Source: the human T2T-CHM13v2.0 reference genome, Homo sapiens
Direction: 5' to 3' (one strand)
Assembly: GCF_009914755.1 (NCBI RefSeq)
Contig: NC_060935.1
DNA length: 64,000 nucleotides
Below the pieces are notes generated by a model. It saw nothing but the letters and a program-made list of their open reading frames with translations, was not told where the DNA came from and searched no databases. The position numbers and the translations under genes were made by a program. Numbering within the stretch: the first letter of the stretch is position 1; every line of letters begins with the position of its first letter. This document shows, in pieces, positions 1-16,293 of the stretch.

Positions 1-49
1 TGGCCTATACTACATTTCTAAAATTGTAGAGTTAAAGAAGTTTCAGACC

Positions 50-349
50 TTTTTTTTTTTTTTTTTTTTTGAGACGGAGTCTTGCTCTTGTCGCCCAGCT
101 GGTGTGCAATGGCAGGATCTCGGCTCACTGCAACCTACGTCTCCCAGGTTCAAGCCATTCTCCTGCCTCAGCCTCCTGAGTAGCTGGGATTACAGGTGCC
201 CACCACCACGCCCGGTTAATTTTTGTATTTTTGGTAGAGACGGGGTTTTGCCATGTTGGCCAGGCTGGTCTTGAACTCCTGACCTCGTGATCTGCCTGCC
301 TCGGCCTCCCAAAGTGCTGGGATTACAGGTGAGAGCCACTGTGACGGCC
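50..349 (-). mobile_element. Alu SINE (AluS-like), antisense
   Basis: Poly-T followed by GAGACGGAGTCTTGCTC...CCTCCCAAAGTGCTGGGATTACAGG, the reverse complement of the Alu dimer. Confidence 0.95.
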
Positions 350-1321
350 ATTTTTTTCTGACTTAAATAACATTGTGCAGTTCACTTTTATTAATTAATA
401 ATGAGAGTATCAATTAAGAGCTACTAATCCATGTTTCCATGCTGCGGTGCAAGATAGTACTGAAAACATAATATGCCAACCTTAAAATATCAAAACTCTC
501 TACAGAGCTCAGGGGTAGTTAGCCCACATATAAATCCATTTCAAAAGTTTCTATCCATTTTCTGAAGTACTTAAACTTTAGAATGGAGGTGGGTAAATAG
601 CCTTTATTCTAGCTTATTTCAACTACATTGTGGTCGCTATGATACCGATTTTTTGAGACTTACTGAAACTTTATTACCCAGTACATTGTCCATTTTTGTA
701 AGTGTTCCCTCTGTGTTTACTGGGGAATTGGATTATTTGTTAAGTAAAGGTTAGTATATGTGTCAAGTTTTCTACATTCTTACTTAATGTTTGATCTATT
801 ACTGAGAGTGGTATGTCAAAAAATCTCTGAATGTGATTGTATATTTGTCTATTTTTCCGTGTAATTCTGTCATGTATATGTGTACATACACACACACACA
901 TATAGATTAGATAATTGCAGACTTAGAGTTGCTATATATTCCAGGTTAGTTTAAATGTTTAACATTACATATGAATACATTTATCCTTTATAATGCATTT
1001 TCTCCTTGAAAGTCCATTTAATCAGACAGCAATATAGCAAACTAGCTTTATTTTCATTGTATTTACCTAGTATTTCTTTTTCTATTATTTGATATTCAAC
1101 CTTTCTGTGTCTTTATATTTTTGATGTGTCTTTCCTAAATGTGGTAGAGTCAGATTTTTTTCATCCTAAATGAAAATCAACTTTTTCATTGGTGCTTTTA
1201 ACCTACTGACTTTTGATATATTTGACCTTATTTTCAACAATTCATTTCATGCTTTTTAAAATATGTGCTTTTACTATGATGTTTTTCCCTCCTTCTCTTC
1301 TTTCTTTTGGAGTTCAAGTGA

Positions 1322-1810
1322 TGTATTTGTCAGGATAGACGCTGAACTGCTGTAACAAGGAGACTTTAAAATAAGTATCTTAACTGGGAGAAATGTTTAT
1401 CCTCTCCCATGCGACAATTCAGAATAGGCTGGGGCTTGGGCACTGTGCCTTCAACAGTGGTGGGCGGCTCTGCTTCATGAGGTCATGCAGGGACCCAGGT
1501 TCGTGGATTGGCTCTGCCATCTTGTTTAGCTTTCATTCTTGGATCTCATGTGATCACTCCAGTTGCCATTTTCTAGCCAATGGGAAAGAAAATTTAGAGG
1601 AAAACAAGTAGCTTTCTTGTAAAATGGTTATCTGGTTGCATTCATCACTTCTACTTGCATCCCATGAGCAAAAACTTTGTTATAGGAACATACCTATCTG
1701 TAGCAGAAGCTGGGAAAGATGGTCTCTGGCTAGTAAGCCATGTGCTCCACTAAAATTCATGGTATTCCATTATTAAAAGGAGGAAAGGGAGAAAGCATCT
1801 TGCCAATAAC
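1322..1810 (-). mobile_element. Old MaLR LTR (MLT1-like), degraded
   Basis: TGTATTTGTCAGGATAG...TGCTGTAACAA start and CTGGGAAAGATGGTCT motif resemble antisense MLT1J/K/L. Subfamily and ends are uncertain. Confidence 0.5.
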
Positions 1811-2052
1811 ACTCATTAGCTCTTGTTACTCTGTTCCTGTTCCACATGAATGTTGGTCCAGTAATATAGTTCTATCTTGCTCTTTAAAAAACACCCTATG
1901 ATGAAATCATAGTTGTTGTCATTGTTTTCCAATTGATCATTGCTTAGATTTACCCACATTGTTGCTAATTTTTTGTATATCATTTTTTCTTGCCTCTTTG
2001 TCCCATCCTTTGGGTTCAATTTCACTATTCTTGAAGAATGTTGCATTAGCTA

Positions 2053-2345
2053 TGCATCTGTTACTGCCTAACAAATTACTCCAAAACTTGATGAATTGAA
2101 ACAGCATTTATTATCTCAGTTTCTGGAGGTTAGAATCTGGCATAGCTTCTCTGGATCCACTGTTTCAGGGTTTTTCTCATAGGCCACAATCAAGATATCA
2201 CCTGGGGATGTGGTCATCTCAAAGCTCAAGTAAGAAAGGATCAGTTTCCTAGCTCACTCCAGTGACTGTTGACAGGATTCGGTTCTTAGACCATTGAAGG
2301 GAGGCCTCAGTTCCATTCTGGCTGTTGAGGCCACCCTCAGTTATA
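2053..2345 (-). mobile_element. MaLR LTR fragment (MLT1F/G-like)
   Basis: TTACTGCCTAACAAATTACTCCAAAACTT...CAGCATTTATTATCTCAGTTTCTG is the typical antisense MLT1 3' end. Confidence 0.6.
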
Positions 2346-2406
2346 CCTTTGTTTAGTGAGGGTCTGATGGCAATAAGCTCCATCAATTTTTATTGTTTTA
2401 AAAATA

Positions 2407-3825
<1,419 letters not shown>

Positions 3826-4327
3826 TATTTTAATTTCAGCTTTATTCTAGTTCTTTCTTTCTGGGACTCCAAATAGAAGTAGACCATTTGATTTTGTCCC
3901 ACAAGTCAATGATGCTAGTTTTTTTCTTTTTTCAGTCTTTTTGCTCTTTGTCTATCATTTTGAAAGTTTCTACTGCTGTGTTTTCAAGTTTAGTGACCTT
4001 TTTTTCCTGTGGTGTTCTTGGCTTTCATACATTTTTGTACATCTAGAAATTTAAAAACAATTCCAAATAACTCACTATCAAAGAATAAACAGAGTGGAAG
4101 TTTGAAAATATTTAAACTGAAGTCATAAAGATACTGAAATGTAAAGGAAATACATTTCAAACTCATTTGATGTAGCCAAACACACTATTTCAAGGGAATT
4201 TAAATTCTTAGAAACATTTAAATATTTTTTTAAAAAAACAAAATTAAAAATTGATGAGCTAAGTACCCAGCTCAAGAAGTTAGAAAAAAAAGCTGGGTGT
4301 AGTGGCACATGCCTGTAGTCCCAGCAC

Positions 4328-4573
<246 letters not shown>

Positions 4574-4812
4574 TAATTCAAGTTTAGGAAACTCACCAAT
4601 ATCATTAGCTATATTTATAAATAGCCTTGGGGTGGAATGTCAATTTCTTGGGACAAAATCAACTTAGATCTAATCATATACTTAAAAAAAATTTCAGATA
4701 ATGATATATTCTGAGTTTACTCCTAAATTATATAGATCATGTAGAACCTTAAGCATCTACTATTGAATACAGGGTTGAAAAAATATATACATAAACAATA
4801 ATAAAATCATAG

Positions 4813-5430
<618 letters not shown>

Positions 5431-5472
5431 CTGATGATGAGATTTGTCTCATCATTTTTCTTGATTGACATC

Positions 5473-5490
5473 TGGTAACCACGAAGGGAC
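5473..5490 (+). other. Retroviral primer binding site, tRNA-Arg type
   Basis: TGGTAACCACGAAGGGAC, 2 nt after the LTR-terminal CA. Complementary to the 3' end of tRNA-Arg(TCG) (…CCCTTCGTGGTTACCA). Confidence 0.8.
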
Positions 5491-7133
5491 CCTGAGTGAA
5501 GGTAGCCCGGCCTGCAGCAGCTCTCCTGTCTGTGCTTGGTACCAGCTTGGGCATATTATAGCCCAAACCGATAGGATGATTTGCTGAAGTCCAGGACCTC
5601 TCTCCTCCAGGGATCCCTGATCTTCCAATGTTTTTCAATTTGGGGTCTGATGTTTATTTGCTGTTTAAAAAAACTCCTTTTTTGTGAGGAGTTTCCATTC
5701 ACTTCCATCAAGGAAGGCAAGCCTGTCTGCTTCTGCATTGGCGGAAAGCAGTCTTCAGCTTGGGCCCCATCATTAGGTAAGAAACTGGTTTGGAATTCTG
5801 TCTTGCAAATTGTTTTTAAACAAATAAAGTTAGCACTAACAACTAGCTGTTGTTAATTTTTGCTTACACTTGGAGCATTCAGAAATCATGTAATTTGCGT
5901 GATCATTGCTAGTTTTGCTTAACTGTTTTGTTGTTTGTTTCTGTCTTGTTGGTTTTTTTGTGTGTGTGTTTTGGTCCTTTCCCTTATCGGATTTGACCAA
6001 CTCCATACCCTCTAGCTCATGAGTGTGGAATCTTCCACTCTAAAGAAATAAAAGCACCTTGCTTCCTTCAGCCCTTTGGGGCATTCTCCGGCAACTGAGA
6101 ATCACGTGAGGGTGTCTGGGAGGAATGCTCCCTAAGATGTGCAGCAGCTCTAAGTAGGTTTCCCCCTCAGAAGAACATATTTAGGGTCTAATCTCAGCAA
6201 ACAGGCACATATAAGGAGCTGACCCTTCCTGCACCTTGAGCCCCTGACATGCTGTGCCAGGTAGCTCTGACACAGGTGGACTGAACCGGTTCTGGGGGTA
6301 ATGACCCTGAAAAACTAGGTCTGCAAGCAGCACACTTTGGGTCCAACACATGTCCTGACTTGGCCAAATCTGAAGGGGAAATCTAAATTATTGGGAATGA
6401 GTCCTCTAAGTTAGCTAAAACCCCAGCAGCTGTGGACCATAGTTCCACCTTTAGAAACTCTGGCCAGGTATATGCAAAATACTTGTGGTGAATTGTCATG
6501 TAAATATTTAACCAAGTGGACCACTGTAACTAAAGCAGATTCTAAGTTACAGTGGCCTAAATGGGGATCTTTTGAGATGCACAAATTCGTGTACCTGTGA
6601 ACCAGGATGGAAAACGCAGGCACAAAAACTAAACAACCAGAATGGGAGAGGTACTTTCAGTGGTACCTGGAGAGTAAAAGGGGAGAAGATCTCCTCATCT
6701 CCCTACAGAAGGCCAACAATCAATTTAGAAAAGATAATCAAGAACTCTCTAATTTTTTCTCTCTCTTAAAGAAACCCTGGGAATCCCTTACTTCCCCCTT
6801 GGCACCTCTCCCACCTCCACCAACACCCCAACTCTACCCTGATCTCTCTGAATTTCCCCAACCAGATCTGTACCCTCCTTCTCCTGCATGTTCAAATCTA
6901 CCATCTTCTCCTCCTTGTCTACCACTGGCTCAAACGAAGACAGTAGAGAGTCTAACTTCAAAGACCCTACCTCCTGCTGATTCTCTGGTAGCCCCAGTGG
7001 CAGCCTCTCATTGGAAGATGTGGAGGAGAGGGACCTTGCAGGGACATTTCTCATGATCACCCTATTTCGGGAACCCTGGTGATTGTCTACCAACCTAGTC
7101 AAAAACTGAATTATGAGGCATAAAGAATTTCCT

Positions 7134-7494
<361 letters not shown>

Positions 7495-7867
7495 TTATTA
7501 GAACCTATGACCCAGGTCTTTCAGACCTTTATCAGCTAGTCCACATGTTGGTCTCAGAAGCTAAAGCTAAGGAATGGCTGGAAAAATCACAGTGGTCAGA
7601 CCCTATAGCAGATTTGACCCCTTCAGGCCCAACAGAGCCACAACAACGAGCCCCCCAAAATCCAGAAGACAGGCACAAAGATGCACGGAAATGAGCCACT
7701 GCTCTGTTAAATATCATTCCTTCAGTGTTCCAAAGGGTTGTGGATTGGAATAAAATCCAACAATGCTGCCAGAACCCAGTTGAATCAGTTTTAGATTATT
7801 TTACACATTTTGATAAAATGTTGAGACAATATTGCAGGATGTCACCTGATTGTTTTGAAAACAATAG

Positions 7868-8471
<604 letters not shown>

Positions 8472-8553
8472 TAAGAGACCAGGACACCTTAAAAGAGGCT
8501 ACCTTACATGGAAAGGAAAGAAAAGGCAGGTAAGTGCAACTCAGGAAGACTAG

Positions 8554-11500
8554 GGGTGCTCCAAGGAAGTTCAGGGGTTTCACCTCTTCAAATAGTCTAC
8601 CCTGACAAAGAAATTGGGAGAGATTAATATAATAATAAACCATGAGCTTACAACTGCCTTAATTGATACAGGAGCAACTATATCTCTTATAAATCCCACC
8701 TTATTTAGAAACCCCATTCCTTGGGGTAATGAAAGAATTAACATGGTGGGTGTGTCTAATAAAACTATCTATCTCATGTTTTAAGTCCAAACCTATACCT
8801 TACCATTTTGTTAGGTTCAGCTCCCCCACCACAGGCTCTAAGTGTGACATGCTCAGTCTGTCTTGAGTGTTTCTAATATGCCCTGAGGCCCCTGTCAATC
8901 TTTTGGGCCAGGATCTCCTCAACATCCATAATGCCCATATGGCATTATGGCATTATCTTTTTCATCAAAAAGTGAACTCTTTTAAGAACTGGAGCCAGGA
9001 CACCAAAAATACCAAATTCAAAAATGTCCTGACAATATACCACAATTTAGTACTAGTAATGTTAAAACGTCACCTTGTGACCAGGAAAGTGAAATGGAGA
9101 CAGAGAAGGAAATATTAGGGGAGAAGAGAAGACATTGGAATAAAGAGCAGGAAACAGTAAAACTCCTTTTGGCTTCCACAATCTTCCTGTTAACCCCAGA
9201 AGCAGAACACTTACTCCAGGATGTCCCCTGCCACTTATGGTCTCAGTCACATACAGATATAGAGAAAATATTCTCAGCCACTCCTCTAAAGGTAGAGATA
9301 AACCCAAAGAAACCCCTACCCAACCTTAAACAATATCCTCTATGACAAAAAACCATAGATTAAATTGCCCCTATCATATAAGATTATCTGAAAAAGGGGG
9401 CTCATTATTCCCTCCACAAGCCCCTGCAACAGCTCTGTTTCCTGTAAACAAAACAAAACAAAAGACAAGTGGGAGAGGATGGAGATTTGTACAGGACTTG
9501 AGGGTAATAAAAAATATCATAATACCCAGAGACCCAGTAGTCTCCAACCCCCATACCTATCGGGGGAACCCACCCCCGATAATTCATGTAGGTTCTTTTA
9601 TATTTTCCCTAAGTGTCAGCTGGTCTGAGAAGTAAAGGGAAAGAGTACAAAAGAGAGAAATTTTAAAGCTGGGTGTCCGGGGAAGACATCACATGTCAGC
9701 AGGTTCCATGATGTCCTCTGAGCCATAAAATCAGCAAGTTTTTATTTGTGATTTTCAAAAGGGGAGAGGGTGTAAGAATAGGGTGTGGGTCACAGAGCTC
9801 ACATGCTTCACAAGGTAATAAAATATCACAAGGCAAACAGAGGCAGGGCGAGATCACAGGACCGGGGTGAAATTAAAATTGCTAATGAAGTTTTGGGCAC
9901 ACATTGTCGTTGATAACATCTTATCAGGAAACAGGGTTTGAGAGCAGACAACCAGTCTGATCAAAATTCATTAGGTGGGAATTTCCTTGTCCTAACAAGC
10001 CTGGGAGTGCTACGGGAGACTGGGGCTTATTTCATCCCTTATCTACAATCGTAAAAGACAGCTGTCCCCAAAGCGGCCATTTTAGAGGCCTTCCCTTAGG
10101 GATGCATTCTCTTTCTCAGGGATGTTCCTTGCTGAGGAAAAGAATTCAGTGATATTTCTCCTATTTGCTTTTGAAAGAAGAGAAATATGGCTCTGTTCTG
10201 CCCAGCCCACAGGCAGCCAGACTTTAAGGTTATCTCCCTTGTTCCCTGAACATTGCTGTTATCCTGTTCTTAAGGTGCCCAGATTTGATATTGTTCAAAC
10301 ACACATGCTCTACAAACAATTTGTGCAGTTAAGGCAATTATCACAGGGTCCTGAGGCGACATACATCCTCCTCAGTTTACAAAGATGACAGGATTAAGAG
10401 ATTAAAGACAGGCATAGGAAATAATAAGAGTATTGATTGGGGAAGTGATAAATGCCCATGAAATCTTCACAATTTATGTTCAGAGACTGCAGTAAAGACA
10501 GGCATAAGAAATTATAAAAGTATTAATTTGGGGAGCTAATAAATGTCCATGAAATCTTCACAATTTATGTTCTTCTGCCATGGCTTCAGCTGGTCCCTCC
10601 ATTCGGGGTCCCTGACTTCCCACGACACATACCCTTCTATCAGCTCTACCTACCACCAGTCAGTATTTCTCAGTTGTGGATCTCTGCAGTGCTTTCTTTA
10701 GTACTCCTGTACATCTGGACAGCCAGTATTTGTTTGCCTTTACTTGGAAAAAATGGCAATATATGTGGACTGTAATCCCCCAAGAGTATACAGAAAGTCC
10801 TGTTTACTGTTCCCAAATATTAAAAGTTGATTTAGAGGATTAATTTTTCCCCAGGGCTCAACACTCATCCAGTATGTGGATGACCTTCTCCTTTGCTCAG
10901 ACATACTCTCTTCCTCTCTGGAAGATAGTCTATATTTAGTCAGCCACCAAGGGACACAAAGTGTCTAAAGACAAACTGCAGCTATGCTTACTGCAACTTA
11001 AGTATTTGGGGCATATTATCTCAGTCAAAGGACTGAATATTAACCCTGATAGAGTGAGAGGAATTTTAGCTTTCCCAATGCCCACCACCAGGAAACAACT
11101 TAGAGGACTTTTGGGCCTGGCAGGCTATTGTAGAAACTGGATACCAAATTTCTCCCTTATACCTCAACCTCTGTATGCGTACCTAAAAATTGAACAACCT
11201 GATCCCATCATGTGGACTCCAGAGGGAAAATCAGATGTACAACAGATAAAGGAAATTCTAATGCCCCAGTCTTAGGGCACCCAAACTACAAATTGCCTTT
11301 CTCCCTTTTCATACGTGAAATCAGAGGTACTGCATCTAGGGTACTGACCCAGAAACTTGATGATCAGCAGAGACCTAGAGGCTATCATAGCCAACAGCTG
11401 GACCCTGTGGCTCAAGGGCTGCCTCCTTGTGTGAGAGCAATAGCATCCATGGCCCTTCTGTAAAAGTCTGTTGAAGAAACAAATATGGGTTCCCCCTTTA

Positions 11501-13420
11501 ACATTTTTGTGCTGCATTCTCTTGAAACCCTTCTAAACTCTCATCATACTCAACATCTCTCTGTCAACTGGTTAGCCTCTTATGAAATTATTCTTTTATC
11601 ATCTCCCAATATTACCATTTCCCACTGTAATAATCTTAACCTGGCCACTCTTGCTGGGCCCTTCCAACAAAACCCGTCATGACTGTGTTCTGGTAACTGA
11701 CCTATTTCTCACACCCAGGACAGCCCTACAAGAGATGCCACTGGATAATGCTGAGACAGAATGGTATACAGATGGGTCTTATTTAAGAGGAAAGAATGGA
11801 AATTTTAGACCAGGATATGCTGTGGTTTCCTTACTAGAGGTAATTGAAGCCAGTCCTCTTCCCCAAGCCAGATCAGCTCAAGTGGCCAAATTGATTGTCC
11901 TGATCTGAACTTGTCAATTAGCAAAAGACAAGGCTGCAAACATTTATACTGACAGTGCTAGGCTTCTGGGGTTGCATATGACTTTGTGAGGCTATGGAAA
12001 GAGAGAGGATATTTTAACTTCCTCAGGGCAACTCATAAAAAATGGACAACAAGTATCAGAGCTGTTAGAAGCTATTCTAAAACCAAAACGTTGGCAGCTA
12101 TAAAAATCCCAGGTCACTGTCAGACACCACAGAAAGTCGGGGTAACCAACTGGCTGATATCACAGTTAAAAGGGTAGCATTTGATCCACCAGCCCCAATT
12201 TGGGAAATGGCCATAAAACCTGAAACACTTAAAAACATGTTGAAAGAAACCCAGAACATAGCTCCTACAAAAGAGAAATCTACTTGGAAACAGGCAGGGG
12301 GATTTTTGTCTCCCGAAACTGAAATATGGTGTGGACCTAATAATAAACCCATTATTCCAATAGGATGTCAGGTGTCCCTTATGGAATATGTTCACAACCT
12401 AACCCACTGGAATCCTGATAAAATTATATCCTGGTATAAACAATATTACTGGAAACCATCCTTCACAGTGGCACAAAAAGCTTACTCTTGATGTGCTATT
12501 TGTCCCAAATATAATCCAGGAAAACCCCTCCATGGGGCCCAGGGTCATTTTCCCCTTCCGGCCAGACCTTTTGAGGTGTGGCAGCATGATTTTATCCAGC
12601 TGCCATCATCTGAAGGTTATCAGTGTTTTAGTAATGGTCTGCATGTTTTCCTATTGGGTTGAAGCTTTTCCCTGCAGGCAAGCAACAGCCACATCAGTTG
12701 GAAAAATCCTACTAAAAAAAAATGACTCCACTATGGGGAGTCCCCTGTGAACTTCACAGTGATAGGGGAACTCACTTTACTGGCCAGATTTTTCAAAATA
12801 TTTGTACAGTTTGGCCATATTTCAACATTTTCAGGGTGCCTACCATCCCCAGTCCTCAGGCCTGGTGGAGAGGACCAATGGAATAATTAAAACACAATTG
12901 GCTAAGTTCACAGAGGCATTTCACCTCCCCTGGCCCAAAGCACTCGCCCTAGTGCTGATTATACTGCAATCCACCCTTCTTGGAAAACATCAACCGTCCC
13001 CTTATGAAATTATAACTGGAAGGCCCATATGTATGGGAATGAAAATAACTAATCCAACTTTTCTCAAGGGAGATATATCACAATATTGGGAGGGATTCAT
13101 TTATCATCTTAAAAAAGCCAAGATTTGGTAAAGAATTCCTTTCACAGTGTGCTCCCTGAAGATAAGGTGCCTGGTCAAGATCTGCAGCCTGGAGATTTGG
13201 TCTATTGAAAAAGACATTTAATAAGGGATTCTCTTCAACCTCGATGGAAAGGCCCATACTAGGTACTATTAACTAATCTACGTGCCACAAAATTAGAGGG
13301 TATAGCCTCATGGATTCACATCTCTCATCTTAAAAAGACACAAACTCCTGAGTGGACTGTAACTCCTATCAAAGACCTTCACCTCCAGTTCACTAAACAT
13401 TGACCTTCAACCCAGCATAG
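8554..13420 (+). pseudogene. pol: ERV pro-pol remnant (protease, RT, RNase H, integrase), split by a MER11 LTR
   Basis: Protease LIDTGA (8665) and PVNLLGQDLL. RT motifs QYPL, WRFVQDLR, SVVDLCSAFFS and QYVDDLL (YVDD 10873-10884). RNase H WYTDGS (~11762). Integrase HNLTH/CAIC, WQHDF, HSDRGTHF, YHPQSSGLVERTNG and GPY. Many stops and frameshifts. Confidence 0.92.
9558..10627 (-). mobile_element. MER11 (HERV-K11/HML-8) solo LTR, MER11C-like
   Basis: Minus strand starts TGTCGTGGGAAGTCAGGGACCCCGAATGGAGGGACCAGCTGAAGCCATGGCAGAAGAACATAAATTGTGAAGATTTCATGG. 6-bp TSD CATACC at 9552-9557 and 10628-10633. The RT reading frame (NPHT|LLSAL) continues across it. Confidence 0.92.
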
Positions 13421-13604
13421 AAGCAGATGACAGCTGTGTGGACTGTTTAACCCCAAGACACAGGACAAGGCCTGTAAACAAAAGAATGCCTATGTTTATT
13501 GTATAATAACCATGACAATTATTGTCCCAGAGCTACTGGCAACTGCTGTCTTACAAAGAACAGGACACTTGCCTTGTCTGATTTAACATCCTTTTAGTAG
13601 CTAA

Positions 13605-14935
13605 ATGAATTTTACAACCTCGCTATTATTGACCCTATATCCCTACACCTTCTTGCCATTTTCACCCACTGACTCCCGTGAAACAAACCTGTTTCTACAA
13701 TAGGCTCAGGAGTATGCAGACAGATTACAAAAGGACACCTGCTGGATATACAGACTCATGCCTCTTTCCAGTGGCTCTGGCCTGCCATGGTAGGTATCCT
13801 CCTTCCAAGGTTAGGACCAAAAATTTATTATATCACAGAAATGGTCTGGTATTCTTAGTGCTGGCATAAGAGAACAAGGAAGATGGGAAAAGTTTTTCAA
13901 TGGAAAGGACCAGCTCATTAGCTCTCACTTTAGCATCCCCCACAACTAAAAAAAAAAGGTGGTAATTATGCCCCAAACAACAGCCCATTTCAAAATGGAA
14001 TAATGCAAATTTGGGATGAATTTCTCTGGCTCACCCCTTCATTTGGCCAACTCAGCCAAAATGCTGGGAGCAAAGAAACCACACCAAGGATTTATGGCCA
14101 GAAAGTATGAGAAATATGGGGTGGATACTGGGAGAATGCTGTGACCACATTATCATATTACAAGACATTGACTGGCATGCCACCGATTGGTTGTAGCAAC
14201 TAGGTATTTATTGGCTAGCTCCAAATGGGACATATTGGCTGTGTGGTACTAACTTACGGCTGTGGTCACCTCCAGGGTGATTAGGAAAATGTTCCCTAGG
14301 TTACGCTTGAGAACAGGGGTGAATAATTCAGACCCTGCCAAAACCAGCAAGCCTTTTTCATTTACGATCTCACTGGACACGTTCAGTATTCCAGGGGCAT
14401 GATCACTTGAAGATTGAAGCTAAGTATTGAAGACATTATATGGCCTATAGAGGCCTTAATGAATTACACCAAAAAGGCCCTAAATGATAGCCAGATGAGT
14501 ATCCCGTTGCTAAACAATGAGGTCATGCTTTTGAGGAAAGCTGTGTTGCAAAACCATATGGCCTCAGATATACTCACAGCAGCACAGCGGGGGGCCTGCA
14601 CCATCATAAAAGCTGAATGCTGTGTGTATATTCCACATGAATCGAAGAACATAACCTGACTTATGACTGATATGAAACCCCGGAAAACCAACCTGTCAGA
14701 TCCAAAACCCTCACTAATCAATTGGTTGAGTGATTGGTTTGCATCCTGGGGAAGTTGGTGGCAGAAGCTGTTGCTTATAATAGGAATAATAATAATAATA
14801 ATAATTTCTGTTCTGTCCTGTTTCTGCTTACAGTGTTGTTAAGGTATGTGCTTGCAAATAAGTCCACACACAACTGAAAGGGCTAGGGTAATGATTGCCC
14901 AGGGAATTGCTCTAATTGAGGAGGCAGTAATATAA
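13605..14935 (+). pseudogene. env: ERV env remnant (signal peptide, shortened SU, TM)
   Basis: MNFTTSLLLTLYPYTFL signal-like start, decayed CWIC motif (CWIY), TM immunosuppressive domain LQNHMASDILTAAQRGAC followed by CX6CC (CTIIKAECC), and a hydrophobic anchor LLLIIGIIIIII. Multiple stops. Confidence 0.88.
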
Positions 14936-15256
14936 CCTGACCCACCTTCCAGGTTTGCTTCCTATTTGTTGCTATACATCTGGCCTAGGTCCATATATAT
15001 ATACATATATATGTGTGTGTGTGTGTATTTTTTTTTCTTTTCCTTCTTTTTTCCCATTTTTTTTTATCTTCATGGGACATAATGTCTTAGGAATGAGCCT
15101 TCATAGCAACGTGGGACCTGAACTTCTAGGAGTTAACCAACCTAGTGAGGAGAAACCAGCTCAAAAGAAAAGGAAGAAAAAACAACCCTAGGCCAGAAAG
15201 CTGTATTCCTTCTAAAATGCTTTCTCCAAAAGATTTTAAAGAAAAAGAAGGGAAAA

Positions 15257-15880
15257 TGTGAAAGGAAATTAAATCTTGAGACCCCAAACTCATTAAGCCA
15301 AAGGGAAAAGTTAAGCTAGGAACTGGGTCATGCAAATCTGCGTCCCCCTTTTGGTTTGTAAATAAGATGGCTACAAGATGAAAAGCTACATGTCTCCTCC
15401 ATATTTTGCCCACAAAGAAATTCCTAGTGAGCTGCAAGATCTTTTAAGGTATTTCTGTTAAAATTTCACCATGGCAATGTAAATGGATAGATTATCTTTA
15501 CAGATGCAGTCACCCTGCTGCCCACCAAACACAAATGAATATCTCATTGTTCCCCTGCCCCATTTTGCCTATGCTATCTTACGTAAAAATGTAGATTTCC
15601 TGCATTTTTCCTCTGCTCCATTTGTCTCTGTCATCTTATATATAAAAAAAAGCAGATGCACTGAGCTAGACAAGGGTATGAATGACTATTTTTCCTTATC
15701 CCGCCATACATGAAAATTATGTACTTCTCAATATCCCACCTTTTCCCCTTTAAATTTGGAGCCTTCAAAATCATCTTCAGAGAAAGGCATAGAACTGTCT
15801 CCTGGGCGTGCATCCTTAACTTTGGCAAATCAATCTCCTAAAATGATTGAGAATTGTCTCATCATTTTTCTCGATTGACA
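15257..15880 (+). mobile_element. 3' LTR of the provirus (MER4-group)
   Basis: Polypurine tract AAAGAAAAAGAAGGGAAAA directly before TGTGAAAGGAAATTAAATCTTGAGACCCC. Ends ...GATTGACA, giving TG...CA termini. Confidence 0.88.
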
Positions 15881-16111
15881 CCTTTATAAAAGGGTTGGAG
15901 GAAATTGGCATGTTTGCCCTTCTTGCAGCATGTGAGGACACAGCAACAGGACACCATCTTGGAAGCAGAGACTGGGCCTCTCTATCAGACATTAAACCAG
16001 TTGGCACCTGGGCGACCCAGTATCCAGAACTGTGAGAAAATAAATTCCTGTTCTTTACACATTACCCAGTCTGTGTGTTATTCTGTTATAGCATCATAAA
16101 CAGAATAAGAC
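15881..16111 (+). mobile_element. MaLR LTR 3' half (MST/MLT1A-like)
   Basis: CATGTGAGGACACAGC...CCATCTTGGAAGCAGAGA...CCAGAACTGTGAGAAAATAAATTCCTGTTCTTTA...TATTCTGTTATAGCA. Confidence 0.8.
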
Positions 16112-16156
16112 AAAAGTCTTCAAACAATGAATGGATTTTGAAAGGAGTAAAAGATG

Positions 16157-16293
16157 GGCTGGGCATGGTGGCTCATGCCTGTAGTCCCGGCACTTTGGAA
16201 GGCTGAGGTGGGCAGATTGCTTGAGCTCAGGAGTTCCAGACTAGCCTGGGCAACATGGCAAAACCCCATCTCTAAGGAAAAAAAGAAAAAAAA
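16157..16293 (+). mobile_element. Alu left monomer (FLAM-like)
   Basis: GGCTGGGCATGGTGGCTCATGCCTGTAG...AAACCCCATCTCT followed by an A-rich tail. Confidence 0.85.

Noticed and set aside
10400-10575. Tandem duplicated block (AAAGACAGGCATA...GAAATCTTCACAATTTATGTTC)
   Set aside because: Intrinsic internal repeat of MER11 LTRs.
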